A program made the position numbers and the translations under genes. DNA of 64,000 nt from a virus (Duplodnaviria > Heunggongvirae > Uroviricota > Caudoviricetes): positions 24,033 through 88,032 of the IMG/VR virus record IMGVR_UViG_3300035208_002853. One strand, given 5' to 3'. Below the pieces are notes generated by a model. The model saw only the letters and a program-made list of their open reading frames with translations, ran no database searches and was not told where the DNA came from. Shown here piece by piece: positions 28,657 to 38,933 of this stretch (positions are counted from its first letter, which is position 1; the number at the start of each line of letters is the position of its first letter).

Positions 28657-29376
28657 TTAATTACTCCTCTCGTAGTCTTTAAATCTTATCTTAGCTATCC
28701 TAGACCGATCCGCAGATCGGACAACAATTCCCTCTGGTCTCCCGCCACCACCATCATCTAACGCGGCCTGCGTCCTAGAAATCTTAGTCTTGAGCCAATC
28801 ATAGGTATCTACTAATCCAGTCGGAATCAAATCTTCACCGATTCTTGGAGTCACAGGAAGTCCTAGACTTTGTAATAGAAATTCATCATAAAATTTCTGC
28901 CCTCCGTTATCTCTCCAAGATGCAATTTTTTCTACAGGCATCTCAAGAATTTCGTCTGAGTTTGCAATCATGGCAACATCAAATAGTCGAGCACCCAACA
29001 ATCCAGTTCCGGTATATTGTTTCCCATTTTTAGTTGTTTTTCCCCCGTATACTTCAAAATAGAATATAGTAACCCAAAGACGAGGGGCTAATCTCTCCGC
29101 AATTGGCTTCAAAGTCTCCACTATTCCTAATTGTGGATTCCCTATAAGATCACCTTTAGCATACAACAATTCTTCCCTACTACCAATAATGTATAATCCG
29201 TCGGGGAATATAATAATTCTTCCGTTTACCCCATCTATCTTTTCCGTGAGAATTGCTGTCGCGCCATCAAACGGAACCTGCACTTCATCAAGTAGTCTTC
29301 CACGATCCTCACCTATTTTATGATAAGTGAGGATGGAAGGATACTTGGTCATGGAATTTACTTTGGAAAGGTCCAT
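28657..29376 (-). CDS. ATP-dependent polynucleotide ligase, RNA-ligase (Rnl2)-like nucleotidyltransferase domain
   Basis: TEKIDGVNGR (motif I KxDG), EGIVVR (motif IV), KIRFKDY (motif V); 239 aa, no OB domain. Confidence 0.6.
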   Translation of the reverse strand: MDLSKVNSMTKYPSILTYHKIGEDRGRLLDEVQVPFDGATAILTEKIDGVNGRIIIFPDGLYIIGSREELLYAKGDLIGNPQLGIVETLKPIAERLAPRLWVTIFYFEVYGGKTTKNGKQYTGTGLLGARLFDVAMIANSDEILEMPVEKIASWRDNGGQKFYDEFLLQSLGLPVTPRIGEDLIPTGLVDTYDWLKTKISRTQAALDDGGGGRPEGIVVRSADRSRIAKIRFKDYERSN

Positions 29377-29918
29377 GTTTTAAATCTCCTTCGCACACGC
29401 TTCCAATTTCACAATGTCGAGACCCGAAAGAATTGTGGCACTATGGGTATAATTATGGCAGTGAGGACAATGTATTTTAAAATATTTAATCTCTACGTCT
29501 GTGGTTGGTTTCTCACTCGTATATTTAATAATTTCAATGTCAGGCGATCTACAAGCCTGACAGACAAGAACTATTCTGGCGTACATTTAAGTTACCTCCA
29601 AATTTGCCACCATTTCTTCGCGGGTTTGGGTTCGAACCAAAGACCTTCTTTTCCGCAAATATCTACGCCCGGAACGTGGTACCCATAATCTAGTCCCACG
29701 CGCAGAGATCTGCAATATTCGGAAAGTTTTGATTGTTTGCATTTTCGTCCTGACTTCCCAGAAACATAACAAGATTCGGGGATCTCTTTATACTCTCCTT
29801 CGTTATAAAAAACTTTTGGGTTAGAACACTTGTCTAACGAACCATAGTTATAACTATTCGGTTTATCCCATCTACAATCTCTACAAATTCTATCGACTTT
29901 AGGACAGGTCATTTGAGA

Positions 29919-30884
29919 TCAACTCTCGTTAGGATTATAGACACAATCTATTGCATTCTTATCCGACCTAAATCTCAAGAAGCGCGGATGTCTAAAGCGC
30001 CCTGTTGGAAATCTGTCATTCGCCTTTATTTCGATAACCTTTCCCAGATACCTCTCTTTATTGTTACTGATCTCTTCCCTAAGAGCGTCGTCCATTCCCG
30101 AGCAAGTGCCAAATTCTATTAGTTTTTCGTCGTAAAACTGCCCAAATTTAATGGCCCCAATCCAACCATTATCGTATAATCTAGATGTTGATTCCTCCCC
30201 GGAAGATTTCTTTGTAATCTTGGTTGGATCTTCAAAACCCATTATGACGCAATCATGCGTGGCCTCTTTTTTAATTTTAATCCAATCCTTCGCATATGGA
30301 GATTTGGTATTTTTCAAAATTATACCCTCTCCTCCATTAGCCACGATTGTATTAAAATATTCTTCCTTGTCTTCGGTGATCGCCGGAACTATACTAAAGT
30401 GTTTACTCTCGGCGGCAGAGAAATTGTCCACCAAGACACTTCTCCTTTCTTCATATGAACGGTCTCGTAGATCTTGACCCTTGAAATATAAAATGTCGAA
30501 TACTCGGTAATCTACCCAGATATTCTCATTTTGAAGTCTTATAGCCTTTTCTGGGAGGGCTCCCATAATTTTTGACACGCGAGTACTTTGACTTTGATCT
30601 CCAACTACAATTTCGCCATCCAAAACCGTTCCTTCAAACTCTATATCCATCCCGTTACTCGTAAACAAATCTCTTAAATGCGGGACATTTTCAGTTTTTT
30701 CCACAAAAAGGTTATTTTTCACGGAAATATGTCTACTTGTGAACCTGTTTTTACCAATTCCGCAATGTAAAAGGAACCTTTCTCCGTCGAGCTTTTCCTC
30801 TCCTACAAATAAATTGGATTTTAACATCTTCTCATTAAATTTACCCCTAGCTTTTCCAGGAGTTAGTTGCTGCAATGGTTCCAT
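29919..30884 (-). CDS. ATP-dependent DNA ligase
   Basis: EEKLDGERF (motif I), EGIILK (IV), WIKIK (V), HPRFLRFRSDK (VI). Confidence 0.8.
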   Translation of the reverse strand: MEPLQQLTPGKARGKFNEKMLKSNLFVGEEKLDGERFLLHCGIGKNRFTSRHISVKNNLFVEKTENVPHLRDLFTSNGMDIEFEGTVLDGEIVVGDQSQSTRVSKIMGALPEKAIRLQNENIWVDYRVFDILYFKGQDLRDRSYEERRSVLVDNFSAAESKHFSIVPAITEDKEEYFNTIVANGGEGIILKNTKSPYAKDWIKIKKEATHDCVIMGFEDPTKITKKSSGEESTSRLYDNGWIGAIKFGQFYDEKLIEFGTCSGMDDALREEISNNKERYLGKVIEIKANDRFPTGRFRHPRFLRFRSDKNAIDCVYNPNES

Positions 30885-30914
30885 ATTCGTCTCCTCTACT
30901 CACATATCTACCTT

Positions 30915-30937
30915 GCTACTATTTATACTTATCCTAG
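30915..30937 (-). promoter_or_regulatory. promoter-like CTAGGATAAGTATAAATAGTAGC (minus sense) upstream of DNA ligase
   Basis: TAAATAGT family; followed by GTGAGTAGAGGAG SD. Confidence 0.4.
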
Positions 30938-31531
30938 TTTAAATGCGCCTTACTCTTCAAAAATTCCCACCTAAAAATTGAGTCTCCGATTACGGGTTCT
31001 GGACTCCACCCAAGGAATTCCCTAGCCTTTTTAATGGTTCTCATATTATTAAAAACGGCCCTTTCAAGATACTCAATTTCCGACTCGGAAGAGTCCTCAC
31101 CCGTATCTTCGTCACTACAGGAAATTATTCCATCTTCTATTCCTGTCTTCAGATCCCTTTGAAAAGCGACTTTAGACTCTATCTCTTTCACTAATTGAGG
31201 AAGATCTTCTTGAGATTCCAAGAAATTATCTATGTTGGTAATCTCAAATTCCTTTTCAAGTCCAGTTTCATCGTGAGTATAAATAAAATAGTTACTTTCG
31301 TCCACAGTAGCACCCATCTTTTGTGATCTCTCGCGGAACTATACACCCATCCATAATCTTTCTTATTCTCCCAATAAGAATGGGAGGATTATGATCCGTA
31401 CAATAAAAATCTTCCCCAACCATTGGGACCCGCTCGGTCAAAAGATCTATACAGCCCCAACAGGGACGACCCGTGGGGATTATAGTTACACCACATTTGA
31501 TGTCGGACATAAAAAAATGATGGGTAGGTTT

Positions 31532-32455
31532 TCACCTACCCAAAGGAACTATCTTCTCCGATCCTGTCAGATCCGATACAAGGGTGGTTACGTTGGTACC
31601 CTGCGGGACTATTATCTTGGAGTTACTCTTAAAGATCACTTCTCCAACTTCCAATTGTTTTAACGTTACTGAAGGTCCCGTAAAAGTTTCATTTGCGGCG
31701 GCGTTTACGGTTCGAATCGCTTCTGCTTTAGCCGTAGCGTTCACCGTAATAGCATTTGCATTAGCTTCTGCGGCAATCGTAACCGACTTAGCCAATCCCT
31801 CTGCCTCTTTAATAGCGGCCCTCTTTTTACCATCCGCCTGAGTCTCAACTGCGGTAGCAAAATCAATCGCGGCCCTCTTCTCTGACTCGGCCTTAACAAT
31901 CTCATTCATGGCCTTTTGAACATCTGCGGGTGCGTCAATCTCAGCGATTTCGGTACGAACCACGTCAATACCCCAACTAGAGGTCTCTGATGCAATGGTA
32001 TCCTTAAGGCTTGTATTAAGTCCCGCCCTCTTACTGTTTGCGTCCCTCAGAGTTAGTCCTCCTACTACATTTCTAAGAGTTGTCTGAGCTAGAGAAACTA
32101 TCTGAACAGCGATGTTGTCTACATTATACTGAGAATTTTTAACACTCTGTTCATCCCCCTTGATTCTGTAATATACCTGTGCAGATACACCCGCATTAAG
32201 ATTATCTCCAGTGATTACTTCCTGGCGCTGACAAGTAACCATCTTCTCGGTTACATTTACGAGTCGGATTCTCTCAATTATCGGGATACAGATAGCGAGA
32301 CCAGAATCAACGTATCTATTAAACCTTCCTGCTCTCTCAATGAGCGCTCTATGTGTTGGTCTCACAAACTTTACACTACTAGACATTATAGCCGCGAATA
32401 TTCCTGTAAGGAATACGAGAACGACTACCCAAAGTAGTACTTCAAATATTTCCAT
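31532..32455 (-). CDS. SPFH/band-7 (stomatin/prohibitin/HflKC-like) membrane protein
   Basis: N-terminal TM helix then SPFH-like core (VRPTHRALIERAGRF...IIERIRLVNVTEK...VITGDNLNAGVSAQVYYRI), Ala-rich coiled-coil tail. Confidence 0.7.
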   Translation of the reverse strand: MEIFEVLLWVVVLVFLTGIFAAIMSSSVKFVRPTHRALIERAGRFNRYVDSGLAICIPIIERIRLVNVTEKMVTCQRQEVITGDNLNAGVSAQVYYRIKGDEQSVKNSQYNVDNIAVQIVSLAQTTLRNVVGGLTLRDANSKRAGLNTSLKDTIASETSSWGIDVVRTEIAEIDAPADVQKAMNEIVKAESEKRAAIDFATAVETQADGKKRAAIKEAEGLAKSVTIAAEANANAITVNATAKAEAIRTVNAAANETFTGPSVTLKQLEVGEVIFKSNSKIIVPQGTNVTTLVSDLTGSEKIVPLGR

Positions 32456-32499
32456 GTTGAATCTCCTCTAAACAAATTCCCATTACACTTTAATACTAT

Positions 32500-33183
32500 T
32501 TAATCCTTCCGCAGGTATTTTTTTGGAATACCCTCACCCTGGTATTGTCCGTTATAAACACTATCAGTCGGAGTTCCTTCAAAGAATATCATCTGTCCAA
32601 ATGAATCTCCCGGTTTAATTTGAAGGGGAACCTCAGAAGTTCTTACGAACACAACCCCAGATCCCTTATATCCCGCGTCCCACCATGCAGAGTGGACCGA
32701 AATACCTCTGCGCGAGAGGGAAGACTTGGGAAGGACAAGGGCGTTAATCGTGGGGACTTTTAAAGATTGTTTCCCTAAGAACAAACTCAGAGTATCCGCC
32801 ACGAGCTTTTGTTCTGGGTCACAGTCGGCACCATTAAATCGCTGTAACGGGTCATAGGTCTTCTTCGACAGATCTACCGTCTCCATCAACTTGAAAAGAA
32901 CGGAGGACTCTGGAGGTATCCAGTAATAGAGAAGATTTCCGGCGTCATTCCAAACCTGAGCTATACAGGTTTGTCTAAAAGATTTCTCATAATACCGAAC
33001 CGGCTCCACATAATCCTCTTCCTTAATCTTTTGGCCCCAAGGCTTATTCACACATCTATAAACCTTATCTAGTCTCACATCCCATCCCTGAGCTTGCATG
33101 TTCGATTCTTCCGCATTTAGAAGAAGATTATACTTTTTAATATCTTGTCCACTAAGAATCATAGCATCTCCATTTGATTCCAT
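32500..33183 (-). CDS. dCTP deaminase / dUTPase superfamily protein
   Basis: N-terminal MILSGQDI (Dcd-like) and DAGYKG motif (cf. DxGYxG). Confidence 0.55.
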   Translation of the reverse strand: MESNGDAMILSGQDIKKYNLLLNAEESNMQAQGWDVRLDKVYRCVNKPWGQKIKEEDYVEPVRYYEKSFRQTCIAQVWNDAGNLLYYWIPPESSVLFKLMETVDLSKKTYDPLQRFNGADCDPEQKLVADTLSLFLGKQSLKVPTINALVLPKSSLSRRGISVHSAWWDAGYKGSGVVFVRTSEVPLQIKPGDSFGQMIFFEGTPTDSVYNGQYQGEGIPKKYLRKD

Positions 33184-33518
33184 AAATTTGAGGCCAATCG
33201 GTGTCCTACGTGGTCAGCTATATCCTTTCTCTTTTCAATATCTAGAAGATCCGAGAACGGAACCATGTCGGGATGAGTTTTCCTTTCGAAGTCTTTTACG
33301 GGGCCATAAACCCATCCCTGTGATGCTTTCATTTTCATCCAATTGTCATGATTTTGTTCTGGTGTCATGTCTGAATGTTCATCAGCATACTTGATGCCAT
33401 CCAAAAGGCTCTTAATTTGGTCTCCGTTGGCTACCTCGTTATATTGTTGTCCCGCCGCAATTTGATAATAAACCCACCCAATGTGCCGAACTGCCGCGAT
33501 AAACTTTTCGCGATTCAT
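33159..33518 (-). CDS. RyR-domain protein
   Basis: EQNHDNWMKMKASQGWVYGPVKDFERKTHPDMVPFSDLLDIEKRKD matches the RyR-domain consensus seen in phage proteins. Confidence 0.45.
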   Translation of the reverse strand: MNREKFIAAVRHIGWVYYQIAAGQQYNEVANGDQIKSLLDGIKYADEHSDMTPEQNHDNWMKMKASQGWVYGPVKDFERKTHPDMVPFSDLLDIEKRKDIADHVGHRLASNLWNQMEML

Positions 33519-33708
33519 CTTTACTCCACCTCCATAAACAATTTCAGTCCCTCGATCAACTTTGGTATATCTGATTTAGGAACGTAATACTCGGCTTCGG
33601 TTCCCTCTAGAGTGTCGATATCGCGAATAATTACGCTATCTCCATCCTCTACAATTTCTATTCCAACCATATCTTCAGTTTCTTCCGAAACTACAAAATT
33701 ATCTCTCG

Positions 33709-34164
33709 TCAACAAAAATCAACTCCTATAGAACTATAAAATCTTATGGGACACTCTTCAAGAATTTGCTTAAATTCCTCAATAGTAAATCTCCTCCCAT
33801 ATTCATCTTTTACAACCTTTATTCTCTTCAACTCAGATTCGGGGATCGCCCAAGAAAACGAGGAACAAGATGAGACACCCGTCTTCTTTCCGTAGGGTTC
33901 ACTATTAAATCCCAATTCCCTTCCTACCGCGGAACTATTTAAGTCTTCCTCTCTTGGAAGATCACCACAAATGGGACATTTATCGTACCACTCTCTTTTG
34001 TGCGCTTCTTGATCAAATGGATTTGCTCTGGAACTATTGACAAGAGATTCTCCACCAATTCTTAATGATTTCATACATGTCCAGCAAAAGAGCCCGCTAG
34101 CTGATTTCTTCCCAAGATGTTTTCTCTTTGCGCGGCTTCCTAATGTGTAGTAATTAGTTCCCAT
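33709..34164 (-). CDS. hypothetical Zn-ribbon protein
   Basis: CWTC...CPIC. Confidence 0.35.
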   Translation of the reverse strand: MGTNYYTLGSRAKRKHLGKKSASGLFCWTCMKSLRIGGESLVNSSRANPFDQEAHKREWYDKCPICGDLPREEDLNSSAVGRELGFNSEPYGKKTGVSSCSSFSWAIPESELKRIKVVKDEYGRRFTIEEFKQILEECPIRFYSSIGVDFC

Positions 34165-34519
34165 CTTTACTCATACTCCAGCGCTTCTAGCAACTCCCGA
34201 GATCTTAAAATTATCGATTCAATAGAGTCCCAAAGACGACTTTCAAAGCTTTTGTTTATGACCGCTTTAATCTCAGGCGACCTTGGTTCGTGATTAATTT
34301 CAAGCCGTACATGTGTGGTCTGGTCTTCTAAAACAAGAAAATGGCCCAAAACCTTTTCATGAACACAATCTCTTTCTCTGACTATAAGAACCCAACCTTT
34401 GAGATCGTAATAGATATCTTCGGGTCCAGGTTTTAACTCTAGAGAAGCAATAAAATTTATACCCTTCGAGATATAAAGGGTATCATTAAATTTTTTAAAG
34501 TCACTCATCATTTCGTCTC

Positions 34520-35440
34520 TCACTCCCACGGTAATCTCGGAGATTTCCAATTAAATCCCGCGGCCTTCTGATGTCCATTTCCCTTGTATTTCTTCGCTAG
34601 AACCGATAGGTCTATGTCATCTCTGACGGTCCTCAAGCTTACCTCCCAAGATTCTCCTTTTATATTTGCGTAATTAATAGCGATGTCGCAACCATCAAAT
34701 TCTTTGCTTCGGGTCATATAGTTAGCAATATACGGATCGCTATTAACTACGAGACAGGTATAGCCTTCCCAGTCGATTTTATAGGATCTATCTGTGAGGG
34801 TGGATTTGAAGCGGTCTTCGACGTAAGACCGGACTATTTTACCGTCACTAGATATGGATTTGACAACGGAGAACTGGTCGTTTTCATTAAATTTGTTAGT
34901 ATTAAACCAATTCGCCCAAAATATTATATCATCTTTAGGATCTCTTGATTGAGCTTTAAATCCGTACTGGAACGCCTCGATAAAGGCCCAATCAAATTCT
35001 TTGTCATCGTGCCGCCATACATCATAGCAACTCAATAATCTAATAAACATTGGGGTTTTTGATCCAAACAAATACCACCACGTCAACTCACAGGCTGCGA
35101 CTCCCGATTGCCGATACCCTTTAATCCATACTCCGTTGTGAGCAGTCTCTTTCTTCTCCATTTCGTCAATTATGCCCTTATGATGGTCTATCCAGAAGAA
35201 GTTTTGACTCGCTTTATTCTCTTTTAACCCCAAATACCTTGCGAGTTTTTCCATGTCATCAACGGACAAACTAAAATCCACCATATAAACTACATCATCG
35301 GTTTTTATCTCATCCCACGGAAATTTATCTCCATAATTAATCGGAAACATCTTCGCTTCTGGAAATTTATGTTTTACAATCGAACCACTGGCCCAACCAT
35401 CGAGGTCTTTGCCGTGGTAGAATACTTTTATGTTAGACAT
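34520..35440 (-). CDS. DHH-family phosphoesterase (NrnA/RecJ-like)
   Basis: HGKDLDGWAS (motif I), VYMVDFS (II), WIDHHKG (DHH), GNGHQKAAG (GGGH-like). Confidence 0.65.
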   Translation of the reverse strand: MSNIKVFYHGKDLDGWASGSIVKHKFPEAKMFPINYGDKFPWDEIKTDDVVYMVDFSLSVDDMEKLARYLGLKENKASQNFFWIDHHKGIIDEMEKKETAHNGVWIKGYRQSGVAACELTWWYLFGSKTPMFIRLLSCYDVWRHDDKEFDWAFIEAFQYGFKAQSRDPKDDIIFWANWFNTNKFNENDQFSVVKSISSDGKIVRSYVEDRFKSTLTDRSYKIDWEGYTCLVVNSDPYIANYMTRSKEFDGCDIAINYANIKGESWEVSLRTVRDDIDLSVLAKKYKGNGHQKAAGFNWKSPRLPWE

Positions 35441-35775
35441 TTCTTCTCCTCTCTAATCTTATCTTCCAGAATTTTCTGGATTTTCCGCTCAGACTCATAA
35501 AAGTTAGTTTCTCTGTTTTTTAGAGCGTCCATCTCATCGTATAACGACATCAACTTCTTAAATTCTTTTGGTGGATTCGCAATGCATTTATTGCAGAATT
35601 GGTTACCACTACTGGAAATATGTAATTCAGCAGTCCTTTCCGTAAAATGATCTTTCTTACATTCATAACAAGCGTGAGCACCACATATAGGACATTCTCC
35701 ATAAGTTTCCTTATTCTCATCTTCACAATAATCACAAACATTTCTTTCTTCTGTTATAGTTACCACTTTCTTCAT
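35428..35775 (-). CDS. Zn-finger hypothetical protein
   Basis: CDYCE...CPICGAHACYEC...CNKC. Confidence 0.35.
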   Translation of the reverse strand: MKKVVTITEERNVCDYCEDENKETYGECPICGAHACYECKKDHFTERTAELHISSSGNQFCNKCIANPPKEFKKLMSLYDEMDALKNRETNFYESERKIQKILEDKIREEKKCLT

Positions 35776-36215
35776 TTCCTATCCACCACCATAATCTCTC
35801 TATTCAGTCTCTGTCCCTCTACTTCCCTCGTCTTGAAAAATCGATCTTGTTCTCTTTTAAATTCCAAAAATTCCCTACTTGGAACCACCTTATCAAGAAT
35901 TCCGTTAGTTTCCATAATGGTTTTACTCTGTGAATTATAATGTTTTGATCTTCCGGGCAGCACATTGTCGCCATTAGTTCCTTTCAATATATAACGACAC
36001 CCTGATCTGGAAATAATTTTTGCATCTCCAAACCCATATCCAATCTTGAGTACTTCCCTTCGAACTATTCTCCCTTTATGGAGTCTGACGATATGAATCT
36101 TTTCTCCATTATCAATCACATCAACTATTCCTGCATTAAATACCTTCCCATTTCCTAGCGCGATTTTCACGGTATTCTCTTCCTTTGTGGCTTCTTTCGG
36201 GGTATAGTTGCACAT
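35772..36215 (-). CDS. hypothetical protein
   Basis: ORF with TATAAATAGTAGTA promoter motif and AGAGGAG SD upstream. Confidence 0.4.
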   Translation of the reverse strand: MCNYTPKEATKEENTVKIALGNGKVFNAGIVDVIDNGEKIHIVRLHKGRIVRREVLKIGYGFGDAKIISRSGCRYILKGTNGDNVLPGRSKHYNSQSKTIMETNGILDKVVPSREFLEFKREQDRFFKTREVEGQRLNREIMVVDRK

Positions 36216-36484
36216 GACAATTCTCCTCTATCATATAGGTGGGTGTACTACTATTTATACTTTACGTATGATCTTAGATATCCCGATCATCAAAAAGCCG
36301 ATACTCACCATGAGTATCATCACTGGCCCCATAAGATCTATATTTGTAAAATCTCGCATGGGATATACAAAGTTTGGGGTATAAAAATCAACAATTCCCA
36401 AATAAGCGGCGTATATCATCTCCATAATTGCAATAAGTGCAGAAAACAATATTAATCCGAATCCGACTGAGCCGATGTATCGCG

Positions 36485-36847
36485 TCATGTGGCCTCTTTT
36501 GCATTAATGTAGGCTATGAGAAGGGCCTGGGCGGGCGTATCTCCATGCGCCCGAAACATATCATATGGCCGATATACATTCGCTCTGATCTCATCTCGGA
36601 AGGCCTCGACTGAATAGCTCCAAGTGTCGGTCGTCTTTTCTGTGTTGGGATCGATTTGGCTGCTTATCGCTCTCTGCAATTCTCCCTGTAAGCTGTCCAA
36701 GACGCATTCGCCCATGTGGATATCTTGCGGCGACCCTTCCAGACTGCATACATCTTCCCAACATATGGTACGGATACCGATCTTATCATTGATCTTATTC
36801 CATGTGGCGGGATCGCATTTTTGCAAGCGGACGAGCAATTCCTTCAT
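36485..36847 (-). CDS. hypothetical protein (GC-rich island)
   Basis: ORF; local GC clearly higher than the window average. Confidence 0.4.
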   Translation of the reverse strand: MKELLVRLQKCDPATWNKINDKIGIRTICWEDVCSLEGSPQDIHMGECVLDSLQGELQRAISSQIDPNTEKTTDTWSYSVEAFRDEIRANVYRPYDMFRAHGDTPAQALLIAYINAKEAT

Positions 36848-37011
36848 AGATCATCACATCCTTTTATTTTAAAAAATGCTGAAATACATCCGTCGGGGCC
36901 TTCCAAATATACAAATTGATCATCTTCATCAATTTTCTTGGAGCCGTCCGGTCGAGTGCATATATATCATATAAACATTTATTTATCTCACATAATAGAT
37001 CTTTGTTCATG

Positions 37012-37698
37012 TTACTTGCCCTCTCGAATCCTGTCCAAGGCGGCTTGCGCCGTTCGGTCAATCACTTCTTGCATGTTCTCTCCTCGTTTGCATCTATAAT
37101 GGAACGCAATTAGACGCTTTTCGGCTACCAAATAGGCAGCTTCCAACCTCTCTACATATCCGGCTTCTTTGGCCGCCTCTAGCTGAAGCTCTTTAGCGGC
37201 ACGTGCTCTGAAATCTCGGACAAAACGGTCATTAATCTGCGTGCCGTTCCCCGGTTGTGCTTTTACGCTCCACGGAGTGTATGCCAATTTACATTTTTCA
37301 ATTTTATCGAAATACCAGTTACCTCTCGCTCGCTCCTCTATGGCGACCTGTTCCAGCTCGGCTATGCGGGCCTTCATTTTCCTGACGGCCTCTATAGCCT
37401 GCGTTTGGCTCCAATCGCATCCGATCACGTCGGTGATGGCGCGCGAGCTTGCTTCCAGTCCTAGTTTATCGCATTCTAGTGTCCTTATGAGCACATCCCT
37501 GGCGGCAAGTTGCTCTTTCATTTGTCGTATATCGTTGAATGCGGCATTTGCCGTATCAGCATGGCTAGCAGCAAGGCTCTTTAGTTGCGATTCTCTTTCT
37601 CGGAGCCGCTTGATCTCGGACACTAAATCAGGTCTTTCCTTGATCGAAAAGACGCCGATGCACATCGCTTCGACCTCCTGCAAAATATCCTCGCTCAT
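37012..37698 (-). CDS. coiled-coil hypothetical protein (GC-rich island)
   Basis: Probable start MSEDILQ (ATGA overlap with upstream ORF); the track ORF is extended by an Arg-rich out-of-context N-terminus. Confidence 0.4.
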   Translation of the reverse strand: MSEDILQEVEAMCIGVFSIKERPDLVSEIKRLRERESQLKSLAASHADTANAAFNDIRQMKEQLAARDVLIRTLECDKLGLEASSRAITDVIGCDWSQTQAIEAVRKMKARIAELEQVAIEERARGNWYFDKIEKCKLAYTPWSVKAQPGNGTQINDRFVRDFRARAAKELQLEAAKEAGYVERLEAAYLVAEKRLIAFHYRCKRGENMQEVIDRTAQAALDRIREGK

Positions 37699-38342
37699 AT
37701 CAAACCTACCTTTATTAGCGGAGTTCCTTTGTCCGCATGAAACGGCTCGTCGAAGTCTACAGTAAACCTTCCTTTGGCCCATCTATTCTCCGGAGTTATT
37801 CCAGGGTTGGAATCATACGCTAATCTATTTCTTATTACTTGATGCATGTCCCACAATGTTCTTGCTGTATCCGGAACTTCCAAAGAAAATATTCCATAAC
37901 TGGCATTTGAAGACATTCCCCACCAAGATTTTAGTCTATTTAGATTGCCTCTAAATTCCCAAAGTTTCTTAAAGTCTGGATCGAGGCCAGATGGCTCTAT
38001 TATGTCGGCTATCCTATCAAACTGGCAGATCTGGATTCGAGAAATAAGATCGCAGGACCAAGATAGGGTTCTTAGTTGGGACTCATTGCAGGTTATGGTG
38101 TTATTTACGATAGTAAACACCTCTCTGTTGCCTTCTATTGGCAGCGTAGAAAAATATTTTAACTTCAACCTTGAAATATCAGATTTAAGTCCCTCCAGTT
38201 TAGACCCATCTAAGTCGTTAAAAGGTTGAATTATCTCTGCAATTAATTCAATTTTCCCGTTTCCAATACGGTAAACAAAGTCATACGCCTCCAACAGGAG
38301 ATTTAGCTGGTTTGACGTTCCCTCAATAACGTATTCGTCCAT
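37695..38342 (-). CDS. hypothetical protein
   Basis: ORF behind TTAAATAGTATTAGTG promoter motif. Confidence 0.4.
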   Translation of the reverse strand: MDEYVIEGTSNQLNLLLEAYDFVYRIGNGKIELIAEIIQPFNDLDGSKLEGLKSDISRLKLKYFSTLPIEGNREVFTIVNNTITCNESQLRTLSWSCDLISRIQICQFDRIADIIEPSGLDPDFKKLWEFRGNLNRLKSWWGMSSNASYGIFSLEVPDTARTLWDMHQVIRNRLAYDSNPGITPENRWAKGRFTVDFDEPFHADKGTPLIKVGLI

Positions 38343-38363
38343 ACTACCTTATCAGCACTAATA

Positions 38364-38933
38364 CTATTTAATCTCATCGCTGGTCGAAATTATGGTAAAA
38401 GGCTTCCTTACGTGACAATTAAATTGAGCGGAGGCACGTAGGGCTTTTATTAATTTGCCTTGTGGACTTATTTCTAGGTCAGGTGAATCCTCTAGTCCAT
38501 ATAAACATCCAAGGGCCACAGCCATCCCACACCCCACGGCATTATAGTTTAGGGCGCTCTCCGAAACATGAAAATAGGATTCCAAGACAAACAACCTTCC
38601 TTGATAGCCAATTAAAACCCACGCATCACTAGATGTAATTTCATCCTGTTTTATGAGTACTCCATTTTCCTCGAGGCATTCTTTTAGATCGGGTATAAAA
38701 CATTGATGCATATATTCAAGCGCGTCTTGGCCATCATAAGTCGGTAATGGAATATTGAAATTATACCTCAATACATCACTCATCCGCGGGTTTCCACTGA
38801 CCCCAAAAATAAATTCTCCTAGTTTAAAAACCTTGGAGCCTTTAATAGTTTGAATCGATGAATCATCTGTCGCTGCGGAGTCTCCGCCGATATAAACTAC
38901 GCCGTTTTCTATGAGACCTACAATACAAGTCAT
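38364..38933 (-). CDS. HslV/proteasome-beta-like Ntn-hydrolase peptidase
   Basis: MTCIVGLIENGVVYIGGDSAAT (Thr at position 2 as N-terminal nucleophile, cf. HslV [22 protein letters not shown]), later GxSG-like AVGCGMAVALG. Confidence 0.55.
   Translation of the reverse strand: MTCIVGLIENGVVYIGGDSAATDDSSIQTIKGSKVFKLGEFIFGVSGNPRMSDVLRYNFNIPLPTYDGQDALEYMHQCFIPDLKECLEENGVLIKQDEITSSDAWVLIGYQGRLFVLESYFHVSESALNYNAVGCGMAVALGCLYGLEDSPDLEISPQGKLIKALRASAQFNCHVRKPFTIISTSDEIK

Noticed and set aside
35550-35741. 63-aa ORF nested in 35428..35775
   Set aside because: Alternate frame within a Zn-finger gene; no independent signals.
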